Shown: positions 59,044 to 64,000 of the stretch, one piece after another
Numbering within the stretch: position 1 is the stretch's first letter
Layout of the letters: each line of letters opens with the position of its first letter
DNA from: Candidatus Dojkabacteria bacterium
GTDB lineage: Bacteria > Patescibacteriota > Dojkabacteria > JAOAGR01
Assembly (NCBI GenBank): GCA_026415655.1
Contig: JAOAGR010000008.1
Location: forward strand, 551-64,550
DNA: 64,000 bases
Direction of reading: 5' to 3'
Position numbers and translations under genes: made by a program
Notes under the pieces: model-generated
The model's database searches: none
Told to the model about the DNA's origin: nothing
What the model saw: only the letters and a program-made list of their open reading frames with translations

Positions 59044-62000
59044 TTTTTCTTATTTTTACTTTTAGCCTCCAAGAATGCCTTTTCCAACTCCTCTTGAGCT
59101 TTTCTGATAGCTTCTTTTGCTGATACTTTCGATTCTTCCTTCCTAGCAATTCGCTTTATCTTTGAGGTATAACGCAATACCGTTGAAGCAACCTGACTAT
59201 CAACAGACTCCATAAACTGGGCAAACATATCATAACCTTGATTTTGATATACATACAAGGGATCTCTCTGAGCATATCCCTGGAGAGTAATACCAGTACG
59301 TAAATCACGCATATTTTCTAGATGATCTAACCACAAAGTGTCTATACTTTGTAATAAAACATATTTTTCTATTTCACGCATTGTGATAAATCCTTCTTCT
59401 TTTTCTTTTAGATCATATACCTCATCAACTAATATGCTAATTTGTTCTTTTAATCTTATTTTTGAAGGATTTGACAATATAAATTCATAATAAGTCTCAT
59501 AATCAGAATCAAATTTGTTATTGATACCAGTATCAATGTACTCCTGTGGAATAAATTTATTTAATTCTTTCAACAAAAGCTCCAAATCATTTTTAGTAAA
59601 AGTATCAGATTTTATGACTTCATCAACAATACTAACGGCATATTTTTTAACCTTTCCAACGACATAATCTCTAAGCCTACTAGTACCTTCTGGCACTCCA
59701 TCATCTTTTGTATCCTCCTTGATTTCTTGCGTTCTTTTAAGATAAAGTTCTTTTGCCTCATCAAAAAGTCTCATTATGCTTCTTCGGCGTTCGTATACAA
59801 CCAATCTTTGTTGATTTAAAACATCATCATAATCAACTAAATTCTTACGTACATCAAAATTTTCTGCCTCTACCTTTCTTTGGGCACTTTGAATCGTCTT
59901 TGCAAATATAGCTGCAATCCTTCCTTCTAATCTAAAATCAGATGGTAAATTTGCTGTTTTGAGAATAGTTTTGATCTTATCACCACCATAGATACGCATC
60001 AGATCATCATCTAAAGCTAGATAAAATTGTGATTTACCAGGGTCTCCCTGTCGTCCTGCACGTCCTCTAAGCTGATTATCAATACGCCTTGATTCATGCC
60101 TTTCTGTACCTATCACATACAGTCCACCTAATTCACGTACACCAGGTCCTAATTTGATATCGGTACCACGTCCCGCCATATTGGTGGATATCGTAACTGC
60201 ATACTTTTGTCCAGCTTTTGCAACGATTTCAGCTTCACGCGCGTGATTTTTAGCGTTCAATAGTTCGAATGGAATCTTTTCCTTTTTCAAAAGTTCTGCT
60301 AATTTTTCTGACTTCTCAACAGAAACTGTACCCACTAGTACTGGCTGACCTTTTTTGTAGTGTTTTTTAATATCTTTTACGATAGCCTTAAATTTACTAT
60401 CTATATCTAGATAGAAAACGTCAGGTAAATCTTTTCTTATCATTTGTCTGTGAGTTGGGATCACAACTACATCAAGGTTATAAATTTTACCGAATTCTTC
60501 AGCCTCAGTCAGTGCTGTACCAGTCATTCCTGACAATATTGGGAATAATCTGAAGTAATTTTGATAGGTAACAGTCGCTTCTACCCTAGACTCCTGTTTT
60601 ATTTCAACTCCTTCCTTCGCTTCGATAGCCAGATGTATACCATCCGAAAACCTTCTTCCATGTTGTAAACGCCCAGTGAACTCATCAACAATAATGATCT
60701 CCTTTCCTGACACAACATAATGCACATCTTTTTTATAATAGTATGTTGCTACCAATGCACGATTTAGGTGTTTTACCAAAAGAGGATTTGACCAAATAGA
60801 ATTATCACCAAGTTCTGACTCTACTTTTTTGATACCACTTTCGGTCAAAGTAACGGTCCTATATTTTTCATTAACTAAATAATCAGACTTATCCAATTTC
60901 TTTACTAAAGCCGCAAACTTACGATAAAGATCAATAGAATCGGTAGAAGGTCTAGAAATAATAAGCGGTGTACGAGCCTCATCTATCAAAATAGAATCAA
61001 CCTCATCAATAATACAAAAAAATGGATCACGTTGATTCATATCTTCAAAACTTTTTTGCAAATTATCTCTTAGATAGTCAAAACCAAATTCTGAATTTGT
61101 CCCATAAGTAACATCACAACTGTATGCATCCTTTTTATCAGTTTCTACTAAACAAAAACCCTTTAACGAGCTATAATTAGTCCAATCAATCTTTTTAGCT
61201 TGAACCACTATATCATCAGGTACACTAAAATCAGCTAACTTTTCGGGATCTACATATTTATAAGATTTATCATCATTTACAACACCTACCGTAATACCAA
61301 GATACCCAAGCATATGACCAACCCATTCAGCATCACGACGTGCAAGATAGTCATTAACAGTTACCAAATAAGCTCCACGACCAAATAATGAGTAAACAAA
61401 AAGGGCAAGAGGTGCAACCAAAGTTTTTCCCTCTCCAGTTTTAAATTCTATAATTCTGCCTTGTGCCAAAGCAATACCAGCCATTAATTGTACCTCAAAA
61501 TGTTTATGATCAGATGTACGTCTTGCCGCTTCTCTGACGATCGCAAAACACTCAGGTAAATTTTCTATCACAAAATTTAATACTTTTTTACCTTGAGTTG
61601 TATCAAACCATGATTTGCCCTTTTCCATCAATATTGGCGTATCAGGCGGAAAAAATCTTTGAAATTTCTCACGCAATTCTTGTGTTTTCTGTATTAGTTC
61701 ATCTTGGGTAAATTTTTCATACTCTTCAGACAGTGAATCAATTTTTCTTGATAATTTGCGTAATTTTTCTACCTGTTTTTCATTTGTGTCAAAAAATACA
61801 GATTGTAACTTATCAAAAAATCCTGCCTTCTTGGTAGTTTTATCTAATACAACATCAGAAGGTTTATATTTCCTTGTAAAAATTTTTAATAATTTACTAA
61901 TTTTTGCATCATTACTTTTTTTAATTTTGGATGCTTCTTTTTTGGTATCCCTTTGTACTTTAGAATTTTTAGAAATGGTTAAATTTTCTTGATTGTTATC

Positions 62001-62054
62001 TTTTTTACTATCAAACTTTAACTTTTTTTCAACTAATTTTTTTTCTTTTTCCAT
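59040..62054 (-). CDS. secA: Preprotein translocase subunit SecA
   Basis: DEAD-motor Walker A (KTGEGKTLVAPLA), DEVDSILIDEARTPLIIS, the preprotein-binding domain, and helical scaffold/wing regions. The K-rich N-terminal extension of about 50 aa is unusual. No C-terminal zinc finger. Confidence 0.95.
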   Translation of the reverse strand: MEKEKKLVEKKLKFDSKKDNNQENLTISKNSKVQRDTKKEASKIKKSNDAKISKLLKIFTRKYKPSDVVLDKTTKKAGFFDKLQSVFFDTNEKQVEKLRKLSRKIDSLSEEYEKFTQDELIQKTQELREKFQRFFPPDTPILMEKGKSWFDTTQGKKVLNFVIENLPECFAIVREAARRTSDHKHFEVQLMAGIALAQGRIIEFKTGEGKTLVAPLALFVYSLFGRGAYLVTVNDYLARRDAEWVGHMLGYLGITVGVVNDDKSYKYVDPEKLADFSVPDDIVVQAKKIDWTNYSSLKGFCLVETDKKDAYSCDVTYGTNSEFGFDYLRDNLQKSFEDMNQRDPFFCIIDEVDSILIDEARTPLIISRPSTDSIDLYRKFAALVKKLDKSDYLVNEKYRTVTLTESGIKKVESELGDNSIWSNPLLVKHLNRALVATYYYKKDVHYVVSGKEIIIVDEFTGRLQHGRRFSDGIHLAIEAKEGVEIKQESRVEATVTYQNYFRLFPILSGMTGTALTEAEEFGKIYNLDVVVIPTHRQMIRKDLPDVFYLDIDSKFKAIVKDIKKHYKKGQPVLVGTVSVEKSEKLAELLKKEKIPFELLNAKNHAREAEIVAKAGQKYAVTISTNMAGRGTDIKLGPGVRELGGLYVIGTERHESRRIDNQLRGRAGRQGDPGKSQFYLALDDDLMRIYGGDKIKTILKTANLPSDFRLEGRIAAIFAKTIQSAQRKVEAENFDVRKNLVDYDDVLNQQRLVVYERRRSIMRLFDEAKELYLKRTQEIKEDTKDDGVPEGTSRLRDYVVGKVKKYAVSIVDEVIKSDTFTKNDLELLLKELNKFIPQEYIDTGINNKFDSDYETYYEFILSNPSKIRLKEQISILVDEVYDLKEKEEGFITMREIEKYVLLQSIDTLWLDHLENMRDLRTGITLQGYAQRDPLYVYQNQGYDMFAQFMESVDSQVASTVLRYTSKIKRIARKEESKVSAKEAIRKAQEELEKAFLEAKSKNKKK

Positions 62055-62112
62055 ATGTTAAAATGAATTTATCTTGTGTGATAATATCAGATTTTTTGAA
62101 ATATATTAAATT

Positions 62113-62556
62113 ATGGATAGTGTAACATTGTATACAGATGGGGCTTGTTCAGGAAATCCGGGAGTAGGGGGGTGGGCATGTCTAATCCTCTACAAAGACG
62201 AAAAAATAATCTGTAAAGGCTATAATCCTAGCACGACTAATAATCAAATGGAACTAATAGCCTTTATAGAAGGAATAGAATTCGTACTACGACGATATCC
62301 AAATATAAAAAACATTATGGTCTTTACGGATTCCCAGTATCTATCAAAAGGTATTAACGAATGGATACATAAATGGGTTGAAAATGATTGGCAAAATTCT
62401 GATGGTAAAGAGATAAAAAACCTTGATTTATGGAGAAAAATCTATGATTTTTTGAAAAAATTAAATATCAAATGTAATTGGACAAAAGGACATAATAATG
62501 ATGAATATAACAATCTTGTAGATAAAGAAGCACGAAGCATGATAGAAATAAGTTAA
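62113..62556 (+). CDS. rnhA: Ribonuclease HI
   Basis: VTLYTDGACSGNPGVGGWACLI, and the DEDD residues (TDSQY...D...KGH). Confidence 0.85.
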   Translation: MDSVTLYTDGACSGNPGVGGWACLILYKDEKIICKGYNPSTTNNQMELIAFIEGIEFVLRRYPNIKNIMVFTDSQYLSKGINEWIHKWVENDWQNSDGKEIKNLDLWRKIYDFLKKLNIKCNWTKGHNNDEYNNLVDKEARSMIEIS

Positions 62557-62599
62557 TACTTCACAAATATCTTATTTTATTGTATATTTTTACGCCTGT

Positions 62600-62675
62600 G
62601 GCTCCATCGTACAGCGGTCTAGTACATTGCCCTCTCACGGCAAAAACAGGGGTTCGAGTCCCCTTGGAGTCGCCA
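62600..62675 (+). tRNA. tRNA-Glu (anticodon CUC)
   Basis: Acceptor GGCTCCA/TGGAGTC, D-arm GTAC-AGCGGTCTA-GTAC, anticodon loop CTCTCAC, T-arm AGGGG-TTCGAGT-CCCCT, encoded CCA. Confidence 0.7.
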
Positions 62676-63023
62676 AAATATAATATTCAAGAGATAAATT
62701 TATAATCTAAAAGCTAAACAAAACGCTATAGTACAATCTAGTTCATCCTAAAAATTAATTAATTAAATATCATTGTGATGTAGATATAGTTTAATGTTTA
62801 CTGCAAATCTACATTCTTAAACTAAAAATTTTTAAATAAATTCAGCAGTTTTCGCTATTATAAATTCTAAGATTTACATTTATATCATGCCAAAAATTCC
62901 AATAAAAGGCGAGCGTGACCAATGGGCTAACCCATTAGTCATCTTGATAAAATGATTAAAGCCAATAAATATTTTAAAAATAATTTAATATTCGCAACAA
63001 ACAATTTAAATATAAACTAATAT

Positions 63024-63482
63024 CTACATTATACCCGAATATTCACCGCCCTCATTAGTATAATCAAGAGGTCCACGAGATAGTATGCTTGCTGATCTTC
63101 TTCCTGGCTCAGGATTTACATCACCTGTCCTTACAGAATCGTATGGGACTAATCTTCCGTCTGTATCTATACGTCTCATATATATATCAACTGGATGCCC
63201 ATATGGATCAATTAACATCGTCGTACCATCTGGAAAAACTTTAATAAATCTATCATATATATCAACCAAATAACCATACTCATCTATAAAGTAACCATTT
63301 CCATCTCTAATTCGTTTTTGATCAGGCAGTTTATTACCTTTTTCATCTATATATTCACCAGTCTCCGGATCTATCAAATTACCTTTTCTATCAATGAATC
63401 TTCCATCTGAACGAATATAAGCTCCTGTTATAACGTCTACTATCCTACCAAACCTGTTAACATACTGTCCATGACTGTTCAT
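63024..63482 (-). CDS. Hypothetical tandem-repeat protein with a roughly 10-aa periodicity (G-x-[IFLV]-[IV]-D-x-x-G)
   Basis: GRIVDVITGAYIRSDGRFIDRKGNLIDPETGEYIDEKGNKL...GYFIDEYGYLVDIYD...TMLIDPYGHPVDIY contains 8 or more repeats of the G-x-x-I/V-D core. No signal peptide. Confidence 0.5.
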   Translation of the reverse strand: MNSHGQYVNRFGRIVDVITGAYIRSDGRFIDRKGNLIDPETGEYIDEKGNKLPDQKRIRDGNGYFIDEYGYLVDIYDRFIKVFPDGTTMLIDPYGHPVDIYMRRIDTDGRLVPYDSVRTGDVNPEPGRRSASILSRGPLDYTNEGGEYSGIM

Positions 63483-63540
63483 GTAAACTCCTGATTATCA
63501 ATATAAAAAACAATTAATATCATTTGAAAAAGACCTATGA

Positions 63541-63990
63541 CTAATAGGATTTATACAAATATCTTGACGTCACCCATGGCCTCCATCCCTGCACATCATA
63601 AATTTGTTTTGCTACTCTGATATTTGTATCTATATCTAAAAGTGCGTAACAATCACCGGAAAATTTATTTCTATGCCAATAACAATTTATCTGGAAAAGA
63701 CCATAATCACCAGTGTGAGATATAGCGTTAGGATTATAACCTGACTCGTACCTGACAATTGTCAGAGCTTCATTGCAATTGTTGTCAAAAACATCGCATA
63801 TTTTTCGCACGATTTCCTCGTTTGAATATGAAATAGGTATGAAAGCCATTTGGGATCGTTTTTTTTGTTCTTCTTCAATCTCTTTTTGAACTTGAGATGA
63901 TATTTGATCTAACTTTTCTTCTGAACTGTGAAACAATAAAGATATGCTTTCGTCCATTAATGCACTAATATCCACAGAGCTATGATCCAA
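63541..63990 (-). CDS. Lysozyme-like / SLT-domain (lytic transglycosylase) protein
   Basis: ESGYNPNAISHTGDYGLFQIN matches the SLT/goose-lysozyme ES-GxNPNA...G..GLMQI catalytic segment. N-terminal coiled, acidic region. Confidence 0.5.
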   Translation of the reverse strand: MDHSSVDISALMDESISLLFHSSEEKLDQISSQVQKEIEEEQKKRSQMAFIPISYSNEEIVRKICDVFDNNCNEALTIVRYESGYNPNAISHTGDYGLFQINCYWHRNKFSGDCYALLDIDTNIRVAKQIYDVQGWRPWVTSRYLYKSY

Positions 63991-64000
63991 TTCTTCTAAT

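Noticed and set aside
1-64000. CRISPR arrays or rRNA genes
   Set aside because: I found no regularly spaced direct-repeat arrays and no rRNA-like conserved stretches. The only DNA-level tandem repeats are inside coding sequence (PT linkers).
1-64000. Alternative genetic code (UGA recoding as in Gracilibacteria/SR1)
   Set aside because: UGA terminates full-length housekeeping genes (uvrB ends AGA-TGA, rnj ends ATC-TGA). A complete RF2 (prfB) is encoded. The ORFs are long and uninterrupted in the standard code.

Overview
The window is AT-rich (roughly 30% GC) and densely packed with genes. It reads in the standard genetic code: TGA terminates uvrB and RNase J, and a full-length RF2 gene is present. 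I found no rRNA genes and no CRISPR arrays.

The gene content looks like the core chromosome of a small-genome bacterium with a Gram-positive-like envelope, probably in the Patescibacteria/CPR lineage. Housekeeping genes include secA, uvrB, uvrD/pcrA, topA, rnj, rnhA, prfB, trpS, tyrS, tgt, cca, fmt, mraY, adk, rplU-rpmA and rpmH-rnpA. There is also an ATP-dependent DNA ligase, a photolyase and an Ogg-like glycosylase. I support eight tRNA genes by their cloverleaf structure: Gly-UCC, Leu-UAG, Met/Ile-CAU, Val-CAC, Val-GAC, Leu-GAG and Glu-CUC.

Between the housekeeping genes sit several accessory blocks worth a second look:
- A fused double-FtsX permease and ABC ATPase are translationally coupled to a HEPN/MNT gene pair. 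The pair is in the unusual order (HEPN first) and overlaps by 58 nt.
- A redox trio (Bcp, DsbA-like, FMN reductase).
- A TagG/TagH-like exporter with GtrA-like, GT2 and FAD-oxidoreductase glycan genes.
- A class-E-like sortase lies about 4 kb from a 1377-aa cysteine-rich surface protein with a higher-GC gene. That protein carries PT linkers and DUF11-like repeats. Its C-terminus is a sortase-type sorting signal (LPDTN, hydrophobic helix, basic tail). An FN3-containing type-I membrane protein is transcribed divergently next to it.
- A GC-anomalous gene for a secreted protein is followed by a strong terminator. Immediately upstream is an atypical OmpR-type winged-helix regulator that lacks a recognisable receiver domain. 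A perfect 10-bp-arm palindrome centred on TATAAT abuts the regulator's start codon.
- An ATP-grasp-like gene is coupled to uvrB.
- A DEDDh exonuclease is coupled to secA.
- A short-period repeat protein and an SLT/lysozyme-like gene sit just downstream of tRNA-Glu.

I read all function calls from motifs in the supplied translations, with no database search, so coordinates are firmer than product names.
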